Of a stretch of 40,000 nt of DNA, positions 9,297 through 17,756 are shown piece by piece (within the stretch, counting starts at the first letter, position 1; each line of letters opens with the position of its first letter). The position numbers and the translations under genes were made by a program. Source of the DNA: Nitrosopumilus sp. (GTDB taxonomy: Archaea > Thermoproteota > Nitrososphaeria > Nitrososphaerales > Nitrosopumilaceae); the NCBI RefSeq assembly GCF_965262695.1, contig NZ_OZ253550.1:233671-273670 (forward strand), in the 5' to 3' direction. The notes below the pieces were generated by a model. It saw only the letters and a list, made by a program, of their open reading frames with translations, was not told the origin of the DNA and searched no databases.

Positions 9297-10562
9297 ATGG
9301 ATTCAAAACTCTCTCATTTTTCAAAAACCGCTGGACCTGGAATCTTATTTGCATGTACTGCAATAGGCGTATCTCACTTGATTCAATCAACTCGTGCTGG
9401 TGCTGATTTTGGTTTAATGATATTAGGATTTGTTGTGCTTGCAACTGTGCTCAAATATCCTTTCTTTGAATACGGTTCTCGTTATGCAAACTCTACTCAA
9501 ACAAGTATCATTGATGGCTACAAAAAACTTGGAAAACCTGCATTGTGGATGTATTTTATAATTACAATCTGCTCCATGTTTTTTGTAACTGGTGCAGTAG
9601 GATTTGTAACTGCAGGTTTTTTTGAGAATTTATTTGGAATCGATTTTCTTGAAGAGTTTACTGTAGTTATTTTATTTGCAATTTGTGTTGGAATTTTGGC
9701 TGTTGGAAAATACAACATTCTTGACAGTCTAATTAAGATCATAGCAATTGTTTTGCTAGTTTCAACTGTTTCTGCATTTTTACTGGCATTATACAATGGT
9801 CCAATAGAAGAAGTTCCTGGATTTTCCCCAAGGGAACTTTGGAATTTAACTGGAATCTTTTTCTTGTTGGCATTAATGGGTTGGATGCCTGCCCCTCTTG
9901 ATCTTTCTACATGGAATAGTCTGTGGACACTTGAAAGATCAAAACAAACCAGTTATCGACCAAAATTAAAAGAAACACTACTAGAATTCAGATTAGCTTA
10001 TCTGATAACTGGTATTTTGGCTGTAATGTTTGTTGTTTTAGGTACTTTCATCTTTTATGGCTCAGGTGAAGAATTGCCAAATAGTAATTCTAGTTTTGCT
10101 CACAAAGTTGTTACATTGTATACTCAGACTATTGGTGAGTGGAGCTATGTTGTTATTGCTGCTTCGGCGTTTTCTGTAATGTTTGGAACCATAATTGCAT
10201 TATTTGATGGGTATTCTCGCTCTTTGCAAAGAACCGTAGAGTTGATTTTTTCTAAAAAAGAAGAAACAATACGAACAAAATTCAAGACATTTTATGTTAT
10301 TTTTTTGATAGTTCTCTCTGTTGGTTCATTAATTGTGATTTTTCAATTTGCAGGAAATCTAAAAGAATTAGTTGATTTTGCTACTGTTTTGTCTTTTGTA
10401 GTCGCACCAGTTATTGCAATATTTAATTTCAGATTAGTTACTGGAAAATATTTTCCAAAAGAATCTCAACCTTCTACTTTATTGAGAATTTTGAGTTTTA
10501 CTGGAATTACCTTCCTTAGCGGATTTGCAATATTCTTCCTAGTGACGAAATTCATGTCATAA
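9297..10562 (+). CDS. Nramp-related (APC-fold) transporter with non-canonical metal-site motifs
   Basis: GPGILF...AGADFG pattern and ~11 TM helices. I chose the ATG at 9297 rather than the track start 9237, because 9237 would overlap the upstream gene by 56 nt and adds no conserved sequence. Confidence 0.65.
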   Translation: MDSKLSHFSKTAGPGILFACTAIGVSHLIQSTRAGADFGLMILGFVVLATVLKYPFFEYGSRYANSTQTSIIDGYKKLGKPALWMYFIITICSMFFVTGAVGFVTAGFFENLFGIDFLEEFTVVILFAICVGILAVGKYNILDSLIKIIAIVLLVSTVSAFLLALYNGPIEEVPGFSPRELWNLTGIFFLLALMGWMPAPLDLSTWNSLWTLERSKQTSYRPKLKETLLEFRLAYLITGILAVMFVVLGTFIFYGSGEELPNSNSSFAHKVVTLYTQTIGEWSYVVIAASAFSVMFGTIIALFDGYSRSLQRTVELIFSKKEETIRTKFKTFYVIFLIVLSVGSLIVIFQFAGNLKELVDFATVLSFVVAPVIAIFNFRLVTGKYFPKESQPSTLLRILSFTGITFLSGFAIFFLVTKFMS

Positions 10563-10617
10563 TCTGATCATAAGCTTAGCCTTAGCAAGTTTTTTTAATA
10601 CTGCAGACTGATTATTT

Positions 10618-11145
10618 ATGAAAATCATGAAAATTTCTACTAAAATGAAAAAAGCACTACAAGACCAAGTGGCACTTGAAGGATTAGCGTCAAATAGTTA
10701 CTTGGCAATGGCATCCTGGTGTGAAATAACAGGATATCGGGGTGGTGCAGCATATTTCTATGCTCAGTCCGATGAAGAAAGAACTCACATGATCAAAGTG
10801 GTTCATTATCTCAATGATATGGGTGCAACTGCAACAATTCCTGCAATTAAAGCTCCAACTGCAACTTACAAATCCTTAGAAGGATTAATCAAATCTGCAC
10901 TAAAGAGCGAACAGACTGTTACTAAGGCAATTCACAAAATGGTAGAGATTGCGCAAAAAGAAAAAGATCATTCAACTTATGCATTTCTGGAATGGTTTGT
11001 AAATGAACAGGTTCAAGAAGAAACAAAGTTTGAAACAATCTTACAAAAGTTTGATCTTATTGGACGAGATAAAATTGCAGTAAATGAAATTGATAAAATT
11101 CTTGCAGCAGATGCAGCAGCCCCTCCAGCAGAACCTGCAGCATAA
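10618..11145 (+). CDS. ferritin (ferritin-like diiron four-helix bundle)
   Basis: LQDQVALEGLASNSYLAMASWCE...SDEERTHMIKVVHYLND...EQVQEE match the ferroxidase-centre pattern. There is an Ala/Pro-rich C-terminal tail. Confidence 0.8.
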   Translation: MKIMKISTKMKKALQDQVALEGLASNSYLAMASWCEITGYRGGAAYFYAQSDEERTHMIKVVHYLNDMGATATIPAIKAPTATYKSLEGLIKSALKSEQTVTKAIHKMVEIAQKEKDHSTYAFLEWFVNEQVQEETKFETILQKFDLIGRDKIAVNEIDKILAADAAAPPAEPAA

Positions 11146-11186
11146 ATTTCTAAAATAATTAATACTCTATTGTTTTCAATCATTCC

Positions 11187-11519
11187 ATGACAGTAACTGT
11201 TACAAGAAAACCTGGTGGAATGACACAACTATTCAACACTGACACTGGACGTGTGACTTACAAATGCAAGGCAGATTCAGCTTACATGTTAATTGAAGCA
11301 TTTGGGGGAATTGTAAAGTTTAATCAAAAAGGTGCAATGGCAACAATAACTGGACACGTTACTTCTTTAGAGTCATGTGATGTTCTAAAGAATGGTCATC
11401 CTGAATACAAGGATGCACTTGTTGCAATTATTTCTGCACACAAAGATTTTGCAAAAACCATTGCTGATTCTTATCAAAAAGAAATAACGGAACTTGAAAA
11501 CAAACTATCTGCACTCTAA
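11187..11519 (+). CDS. hypothetical protein
   Basis: 110-aa ORF. No motif recognised. Confidence 0.45.
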   Translation: MTVTVTRKPGGMTQLFNTDTGRVTYKCKADSAYMLIEAFGGIVKFNQKGAMATITGHVTSLESCDVLKNGHPEYKDALVAIISAHKDFAKTIADSYQKEITELENKLSAL

Positions 11520-11626
11520 GATTTGTATTTTTCACATTTGCAGCCTCGAACTAGACATTTTCCATTCCCATCCATGTGAATTGAATTGTCATGATAACAT
11601 CCAACCTCTTTGTTATTGCATTTCAT
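11516..11626 (-). CDS. candidate 36-aa cysteine-rich micro-protein
   Basis: Hand translation: MKCNNKEVGCYHDNSIHMDGNGKCLVRGCKCEKYKS. ATG start, TAG stop, 5 Cys plus 2 His. Below the ORF-track length cutoff. Confidence 0.3.
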   Translation of the reverse strand: MKCNNKEVGCYHDNSIHMDGNGKCLVRGCKCEKYKS

Positions 11627-11647
11627 TTTAGACCCTCAAATTAGAAA

Positions 11648-11755
11648 TTATTTTGATTCATCGTGGTCTTTGCCGATATGAGTAGCAAGGTCAATTACAC
11701 TATTTCCAAAATCCTTTCCGCAAAACTTGCAATGAAATGTATACTCATTTGACAA
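11648..11755 (-). CDS. candidate 35-aa C2H2-type zinc-finger micro-protein
   Basis: Hand translation: (TTG)M-SNEYTFHCKFCGKDFGNSVIDLATHIGKDHDESK. Pattern F-x-C-x2-C-x3-F-x6-L-x2-H-x4-H. The only in-frame start is TTG. Confidence 0.35.
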   Translation of the reverse strand: MSNEYTFHCKFCGKDFGNSVIDLATHIGKDHDESK

Positions 11756-11808
11756 GAATAACTCTGGAACATAATATTATTTAAAAAATTTCTTGATTCT
11801 GGTTTGAT

Positions 11809-11982
11809 TTATCCATAAATCATACAATGTTCGCATTCGCAAACATCTTGTTTCTTTGCTTTTTTCAAGCAGTTCTTGTGTTGTCCTGCTTGACACTGGA
11901 CACAAATCTCATCAATATTCTCTACATTGGTGTATTTTTTTGATTGATCAAATCCAAAACCCCCATCTTGTGGTCCTACCAT
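11809..11982 (-). CDS. candidate 57-aa cysteine-rich (CxxC ... CxCxxC) protein
   Basis: Hand translation: MVGPQDGGFGFDQSKKYTNVENIDEICVQCQAGQHKNCLKKAKKQDVCECEHCMIYG. ATG start, TAA stop. Just under the track cutoff and co-directional with 12014..12316. Confidence 0.4.
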   Translation of the reverse strand: MVGPQDGGFGFDQSKKYTNVENIDEICVQCQAGQHKNCLKKAKKQDVCECEHCMIYG

Positions 11983-12013
11983 ACCCTTACACGTATGATG
12001 TAGTATTTCTAGT

Positions 12014-12316
12014 TCACTGATTAATTGCAGATTTTATTGCATCGTACAATTCATTTTTGTGTTCTTCAATTATTCCTCTTATCTCAAATGAATCTACATA
12101 TCCTCCTGCTGATGCACGGGTTGCTTTTAGCAAATAATGTAATGCCCCTTCTTCAATTTTTCCAACATAATATCCATACAAAAAATCTATTTCATTTTCA
12201 CACTTCCAAATTTTTTTAATGTTTGGAAATGTCTGTTTAATCTCTGATTCTATTTCTAAAATTCTATTTTTTATGTATTGATCAAGTGATTTTCTTATTG
12301 ATGAATCTTGAAGCAA
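12014..12316 (-). CDS. hypothetical protein
   Basis: 100-aa ORF with a TTG start. Helical composition. No motif recognised. Confidence 0.45.
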   Translation of the reverse strand: MLQDSSIRKSLDQYIKNRILEIESEIKQTFPNIKKIWKCENEIDFLYGYYVGKIEEGALHYLLKATRASAGGYVDSFEIRGIIEEHKNELYDAIKSAINQ

Positions 12317-12342
12317 TAGTAATTTCTTTAGAATACTTGGCT

Positions 12343-12486
12343 TTAGTCCTTTTTCTTACCTTTATCATCTTCTGGATTGTCCCACATATGCATAGTTCCT
12401 CTTATCATAAATGAGCCTACAATTATGGCTACCAATCCTCCTACAATGAATACAAAAAATTTCCTTACATCTTTTATGCTTGCCAA
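12343..12486 (-). CDS. candidate 47-aa single-TM micro-protein
   Basis: Hand translation (TTG start): MASIKDVRKFFVFIVGGLVAIIVGSFMIRGTMHMWDNPEDDKGKKKD. One TM helix and a charged tail. Confidence 0.2.
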   Translation of the reverse strand: MASIKDVRKFFVFIVGGLVAIIVGSFMIRGTMHMWDNPEDDKGKKKD

Positions 12487-12547
12487 TGATGCTTAATCGT
12501 AGTCATTCTAATTATAATTGTCTAAATGATTTGGATTAGATTCAATA

Positions 12548-12670
12548 ATGAGATTGAATAATTCATTTCATATGTCTAGAATTAAACAAATTGCTATTTG
12601 GATTGGAATTATTGGGGGAGGAATAGGATTCTTCTTCTTCTCTATAGAAGCTGCTGAATTTATGAGATAA
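12548..12670 (+). CDS. candidate 40-aa single-TM micro-protein
   Basis: Hand translation: MRLNNSFHMSRIKQIAIWIGIIGGGIGFFFFSIEAAEFMR. ATG start and one TM helix. Confidence 0.25.
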   Translation: MRLNNSFHMSRIKQIAIWIGIIGGGIGFFFFSIEAAEFMR

Positions 12671-12710
12671 TTTTCAAAAATTAATTACATTGTACTGATT
12701 TCTAAAAATA

Positions 12711-13154
12711 TTGCCTGAAATTACTGATGAGATCAAGCGCTTTTTAGATTTACAAAAATTAGGTTATGTTGCAACTGTATCTTCTGATGGAACCCCAAAT
12801 CTTTCTCCTAAAGGTACCATTATGAAATGGTCAAAAAAACAACTAGTATTTGCAGATATTCGTTCACCTGACACTATGCAAAATCTGAAAACTAATCCTA
12901 ATGTGGAAATCAATGTAATTGATCCCTTGTTGAGAAAGGGATTTTTGTTCAAAGGCTTTGCCAAAACCATACATGATACTCTTTATGATGATGTTTTGAA
13001 ACGTTATAGAGATAATGGCATCAAGAGTCCCATTAATGCAATTGTACTAGTTGATGTGACTGAAATCTCTGAAGTGACATCTCCTCTATATGATATGGGT
13101 GCTAGTGAGGAAGAAATCAAATCAAAATGGAAAAAACATTTTGATAATTTATGA
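12711..13154 (+). CDS. pyridoxamine 5'-phosphate oxidase-family (FMN-binding split-barrel) protein
   Basis: LGYVATVSSDGTPNLSPKG...FADIRSPDTMQNLKTNPNVEINVIDP...KGFLFKG is the typical PNPOx-like split-barrel pattern. TTG start. Confidence 0.7.
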   Translation: MPEITDEIKRFLDLQKLGYVATVSSDGTPNLSPKGTIMKWSKKQLVFADIRSPDTMQNLKTNPNVEINVIDPLLRKGFLFKGFAKTIHDTLYDDVLKRYRDNGIKSPINAIVLVDVTEISEVTSPLYDMGASEEEIKSKWKKHFDNL

Positions 13155-13907
13155 TTCCTGATCTTTTGATTTGAGTTTGTTTAATTCTTTTTTTGTTTCT
13201 TCGTGCTCTTCTCTTTCTTTTTCTAAAAGTAATTGAAGTGCTTCTAATTCCTTTTGTGTCATGCTTAGTTTTGACTTTAATGAGCCTACAACAACACTTG
13301 CTGCCTCAATTACTCCTGCCGAACTCTTGTTTTCACCTTGAATGAACTCCCTTTCTTTTGGTGTAAGGATACTTGTATCTTGAAATTCATCTTTTTTGTT
13401 TAGTTCTTCTTTTGCATTGTATAGTCGTGAATTTGCTTCATCTAACTCTTTTTCTGCCTCTACTTGTTGTTTTCTAATTTGAGATAATGCTGATTGTTCT
13501 GTTGAAATTTTTTCTTTTGTTTCTTCATATTCTTTTGTAATCTCTTCTAACTCTTGTTTTATTTTTGATAGGTTTTCTTCTGTTCTACTAAATTCTTCAA
13601 TTGATTTTGAATCTTTGATTTGTTCGGCATCTTTAATTTTTTCTTTGATTTCTTTATGTTCTCGAATAACTATATCTAATTCCATTTTCTTTTGATTGAG
13701 CTCTTTTTTTACCAACATCAAATTACTTACTGCTGTTTCATATTCTTCTTTGACTGAATCAATTTTTTGTTGAATACCATTTAATTCATCTTGCTTTCCC
13801 CTAAACTCATTTTGTAGACTTTCCACTTCAGTCTCTAATTCTTCTTTTAGAACATTTTCTTCACTATTTTCTGATACTGTGTCCTCTTTTTTACCAAAAA
13901 GTCCCAT
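13149..13907 (-). CDS. Glu/Lys-rich coiled-coil protein with MGLFGKK N-terminus
   Basis: 252-aa ORF, almost entirely heptad-like E/K/L/Q sequence. Last gene of the elp3-lysK string. Its stop overlaps the convergent PNPOx-like stop (TTATGA). Confidence 0.6.
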   Translation of the reverse strand: MGLFGKKEDTVSENSEENVLKEELETEVESLQNEFRGKQDELNGIQQKIDSVKEEYETAVSNLMLVKKELNQKKMELDIVIREHKEIKEKIKDAEQIKDSKSIEEFSRTEENLSKIKQELEEITKEYEETKEKISTEQSALSQIRKQQVEAEKELDEANSRLYNAKEELNKKDEFQDTSILTPKEREFIQGENKSSAGVIEAASVVVGSLKSKLSMTQKELEALQLLLEKEREEHEETKKELNKLKSKDQES

Positions 13908-13946
13908 TCATTTCTCACCGCCTTTCTCTAAAAGATGAATCTTTCT

Positions 13947-14147
13947 TTATTGTTGTTTTGTTCTATGTCTGATGAATTTGAGATAAAATCCTAACCCTCC
14001 AATTAACAGACCTCCAACCCATGTTACTACACTCATGCTTTTTGGCACAATTGCTTCTTGTGGACCTATGATGAGCAATAATGCACCTAGAATGATTAAT
14101 GCAAATCCTCCACTATTTTTTGATTTATTGTGCTCAGAATGGACCAT
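13947..14147 (-). CDS. small 2-TM membrane protein
   Basis: 66-aa ORF with two hydrophobic helices. It starts 3 nt after the lysK stop. Confidence 0.5.
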   Translation of the reverse strand: MVHSEHNKSKNSGGFALIILGALLLIIGPQEAIVPKSMSVVTWVGGLLIGGLGFYLKFIRHRTKQQ

Positions 14148-14150
14148 TTT

Positions 14151-15740
14151 CTACGTATACTCTGAAAGTGTTTTTGCTACTTGTTTTCTTCCTATATCTG
14201 AAATGAACGGTCCAATTTTTGGTCCTCTGGATGTCCCTAGAATAATTTGGTATAGTATCTTGAAGAAATCTTTTGGTTGCACGTCATTTGATTTTGCAAT
14301 TTGGTAAATTGTATTTTGAATGTCCACTGGCTCTTCATCTGCCCCAAGTGCTTCTGATAAGATCTTTAATGCTTTTTTTGCTGTTTCATCTAAATCAACT
14401 TGAGTTTTTTCTTGTTCATCAAATTCATCTGAATAATTCCCTGCAAGCTCAATTAGTTTTTCAATTTCTGGTTCTGGATTTTTTATTACTCCATAATCAA
14501 GTAATTTCTTCATCACTCTTTCGTTTCTGTTTTCTTTGAAGATCTTTGACAATTCAATTAACAATCTATAGTTTACATGTGTGCTAGCTTGTTTTGGAGG
14601 ATCTAGAAGATTTACGTATTCATAAAGTCCTTTTGATTTTACAAGTTTTGCTTGGTTATCTATTTTGATCCTTCCAAAGTTAATATCTTCTAATTCATTG
14701 TATTCATTCATCAAAGATGGTATGTCTTCTATACCAAGCTCACGTGCGCCTGTGATTCTTTTGTAAAGTAATAATAAAATTGATTTTGGACTGCCAAATT
14801 CTAACCATCTTTGTGCAGTCAATACGTTTCCTAATGATTTTGAAATCTTTTTTCCTCCCTTGTCTAAGAACATTTCATATTTTACATGGTGAGGATGTGG
14901 GAAATCTAAAATTTCATCTGCTACCCAGTCATTTACTTTAACTGAATCCATGATATCTTTTCCATATGCTTCAAATCTAATATCAAATGCTGCCCATCTT
15001 GCTGCAAACTCTACTTTCCATGCTAATTTTCCAAGGTCTTTTCCAATGTCTGCTTCTCCCTCATGACCGCAACCCTTGATCATTTGTGAGCCAATTTCTG
15101 CATCATGACATTTGTACTTGACTTTCTTTTCATCTGCAATGTACTCTGTTGCTTCTGCTGTGTAAAGACGATTACAGTTTGCGCAAACCGGAAAATATGG
15201 GAGATATTTTTGATATTTCTCCTGTCCGACTAATTCTGATATCTTGTCTCCAATCTTTGTGCTGTTTTGCAAAATGGTGTGTATGTTATCTTTGAGTAAT
15301 CCTTGCTTGTATGTGTCAACTGCTCTCCGGAATTCATATTTTATTCCAACCTTGTCTAGTCCATCCAAAAGAATACTGCTCATATGCATGCCATAGGAAT
15401 CATGACACCCATATGGATCTGGAATCAATGATACGGGTTTTGCCAAGTGTTCTTCTAACCCAAACTCGTGCATTCCCTCTGGAATTTTCCGTAATCCGTC
15501 TAAATCATCTGAATATGCAATAAGCTCAGATTTGTAACCCAAATTCTCTAATGCTAATTTTACACCATATGCTCTAACTGCATCTCCTAAACTTCCAATA
15601 TGTGGAATTCCTGATGCGCCAAGACCGCTTTCTACTCTAAGAAGTTCTAAATTTCTTCCAAGTGATTTTTCACGGTCAAGTAACTCTGAAGCTAACTTGT
15701 CAATCCAAGTTCCTTTTCCGATAATTTCTTGTTCTGACAT
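14151..15740 (-). CDS. lysK: lysyl-tRNA synthetase, class I
   Basis: HIGH-type motif (SGIPHIGSLGD) and KMSKS-type motif (KISKSLGN). The 529-aa length and overall sequence are typical of archaeal class I LysRS. Confidence 0.9.
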   Translation of the reverse strand: MSEQEIIGKGTWIDKLASELLDREKSLGRNLELLRVESGLGASGIPHIGSLGDAVRAYGVKLALENLGYKSELIAYSDDLDGLRKIPEGMHEFGLEEHLAKPVSLIPDPYGCHDSYGMHMSSILLDGLDKVGIKYEFRRAVDTYKQGLLKDNIHTILQNSTKIGDKISELVGQEKYQKYLPYFPVCANCNRLYTAEATEYIADEKKVKYKCHDAEIGSQMIKGCGHEGEADIGKDLGKLAWKVEFAARWAAFDIRFEAYGKDIMDSVKVNDWVADEILDFPHPHHVKYEMFLDKGGKKISKSLGNVLTAQRWLEFGSPKSILLLLYKRITGARELGIEDIPSLMNEYNELEDINFGRIKIDNQAKLVKSKGLYEYVNLLDPPKQASTHVNYRLLIELSKIFKENRNERVMKKLLDYGVIKNPEPEIEKLIELAGNYSDEFDEQEKTQVDLDETAKKALKILSEALGADEEPVDIQNTIYQIAKSNDVQPKDFFKILYQIILGTSRGPKIGPFISDIGRKQVAKTLSEYT

Positions 15741-15749
15741 TCCTCCTCA

Positions 15750-17333
15750 CTAATCTAATGTTTTGGACATGTATGGCCCATATAACGAATACCCTAACTT
15801 TTGATAATATTCTCTTGTCCCAACTGCACTGATTACCAATAATTCCTTTGCATCAAATTCTTCTCTTGAAATTTTTTCTGCTTCTCTCATCAGATTTTTT
15901 CCTAAACCTGAATGTTGTATTTCACTTTCTTCTTTCTCTCCAATCTTTAGTGATTTTCCATAAACATGAAGTTCTCTTACGATACAAGAGTTCTTACCGA
16001 CTTCATCTCTATGTGCACTATCACTTGGTTTTCTTAACCTCAAAAATCCGTAAATTGATTCATTTTTGTCTTCATATGACAAAAACACTTCTTTGCCTCC
16101 TGAAGAATCATAATCTATTCTAGTTAGATTGATGTCTTTATCTTCTGATTTTTTGTTCAAGCCGGCTTCTCTGCATCTAATACATTTGCATTTCATTCCT
16201 TGTTTTGCCAAATTTTGATGTACAATCTGTCTTAGATTTCCTGATTTTGGGCCTGCGATAATCTCATTTGGGGAAATTTCTCTTTGAACACGCATGATTC
16301 TAACCCATTTTGGGATGTTTTTCTTTGCCTCTGTTAGAACTTGAATCATATCTTCATCTGAATATGGGGCATACTTTCCATCTTTGTATTCTTGATACAT
16401 CGGAGTATTTTCAATAACTAATGATGGGTATATCTTGAGCATATCTGGCCGTAACTGTGAATCTGAAAACAGTTTCTTAAAATCTTCAATGTCTTCTTTT
16501 GGAGTCATTGTTGGCAATCCTGGCATCATATGTGCAACAATTTTGTATCCTGCATCTTTTGAAATTTGAAATGATTCTACAACATCATTGTAATTATGTC
16601 CTCGATTAACAATATTGTATACTCTTTCTTGTAATGATTGAACTCCAATCTCTATTCTTGTTACCCCATAATCTAACATCCAATCAACATGTTCTTTTTT
16701 ACAATAATCTGGTTTTGTTTCAATTGTAAATCCCACATTCCTGATTGCAGCATGTTCATTGTTTATTTTTGCTTCTTGCAAATTTTTAGAATCAGTTCCA
16801 TTAAGTGCATCATAACATGACTTGATAAAATTTTCTTGATAATCTTTTGGCATAAATAGAAATGTTCCTCCAACAATAACTATTTCCATCTTAGATGGGT
16901 CATGACCAAATGCAATTAGTTTATCAATTTTTGTTGTGATTTGTAATTTTGGATCATACTCATTTTCAATTGCATTTAGTGTTGATGGTTCATTTCCTGT
17001 ATAGCTGTTAGGTGAATTAAATTCAATCCCTCCTGGACAATACGTGCATCTTCCATGTGGACATGCAAATGGTTTTGGCATTAATGCTACTACTGCAACA
17101 CCTGATGCAGTCTTTGCAGGTTTTTTTAACAAAACTTTTCTTAGTTTTTTAAATTCTGATTCTTTTGCCATTGAAAGTATTTCATGATTTCTTGGAATTC
17201 TTTCTAGTGAATATTTGGCACAAATTTTCTTGATTTCTTCTTTGACTTGTTTTTTACTAGGCTCATTAATTGTTAGTAGATTTTGAGTGATTTCACTACA
17301 TGCCTTTGAAAACACTGAATCTAACTTACTCAT
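15750..17333 (-). CDS. elp3: Elp3-type radical SAM / acetyltransferase (tRNA U34 modification)
   Basis: Radical SAM cluster motif CPHGRCTYCPGG. C-terminal GNAT-like region (HSGLGKNLMREAEKI). 527 aa. Confidence 0.9.
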   Translation of the reverse strand: MSKLDSVFSKACSEITQNLLTINEPSKKQVKEEIKKICAKYSLERIPRNHEILSMAKESEFKKLRKVLLKKPAKTASGVAVVALMPKPFACPHGRCTYCPGGIEFNSPNSYTGNEPSTLNAIENEYDPKLQITTKIDKLIAFGHDPSKMEIVIVGGTFLFMPKDYQENFIKSCYDALNGTDSKNLQEAKINNEHAAIRNVGFTIETKPDYCKKEHVDWMLDYGVTRIEIGVQSLQERVYNIVNRGHNYNDVVESFQISKDAGYKIVAHMMPGLPTMTPKEDIEDFKKLFSDSQLRPDMLKIYPSLVIENTPMYQEYKDGKYAPYSDEDMIQVLTEAKKNIPKWVRIMRVQREISPNEIIAGPKSGNLRQIVHQNLAKQGMKCKCIRCREAGLNKKSEDKDINLTRIDYDSSGGKEVFLSYEDKNESIYGFLRLRKPSDSAHRDEVGKNSCIVRELHVYGKSLKIGEKEESEIQHSGLGKNLMREAEKISREEFDAKELLVISAVGTREYYQKLGYSLYGPYMSKTLD

Positions 17334-17389
17334 GGGTACTCACACTGAATTGGACATAAATTCGTTAAATAATTTGGCCGATTTTGAGG

Positions 17390-17725
17390 CTATCGACGCC
17401 TAGTTTTTCTTTTTGATTTTGATGTTTTTCTAGCAGTCTTTCTCTTTGTTGTCTTTTTAGCTGGCTTTCTCTTTACAGTCTTTTTCTTTGCAGCAGTCTT
17501 TCTCTTTGTTGTCTTTTTAGCTGGCTTTCTCTTTACAGTCTTTTTCTTTGCAGCAGTCTTTCTCTTTGTTGTCTTTTTAGCTGGCTTTCTAGTAGATTTC
17601 TTTGAAATGGTTACTTTGAGATTCTTTAGTTCATTTAACTCCTCTTGAATTTTCTTGATCTCTGCAACCATTTTTTCTTTGAATGATTGACTGTTTGCAT
17701 CAACTGACATGTTACTGATTTTCAC
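17390..17725 (-). CDS. lysine-rich basic repeat protein (short coiled-coil head plus H1-like KPAKKTTKRKTAAKKKTVKR repeats)
   Basis: 111-aa ORF. The N-terminal ~40 aa are helical (EKMVAEIKKIQEELNELKNLK). The C-terminal ~70 aa are more than 60% K/R and are encoded by perfect 60-bp tandem repeats. Confidence 0.7.
   Translation of the reverse strand: MKISNMSVDANSQSFKEKMVAEIKKIQEELNELKNLKVTISKKSTRKPAKKTTKRKTAAKKKTVKRKPAKKTTKRKTAAKKKTVKRKPAKKTTKRKTARKTSKSKRKTRRR
17432..17590. repeat. perfect 60-bp tandem repeat, 2.65 copies, in-frame within the CDS
   Basis: Bases 17461-17520 and 17521-17580 are identical. 17432-17460 and 17581-17590 extend the register without mismatch. Confidence 0.95.
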
Positions 17726-17756
17726 GAATTTTTGTAGAATTTAAGACTTTGCTGGA

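Noticed and set aside
17432-17590. The 60-bp perfect repeats considered as a possible CRISPR array or minisatellite outside genes
   Set aside because: The repeats are contiguous with no spacers. They are in frame and encode a coherent Lys-rich repeat inside an ORF with a normal N-terminal domain.
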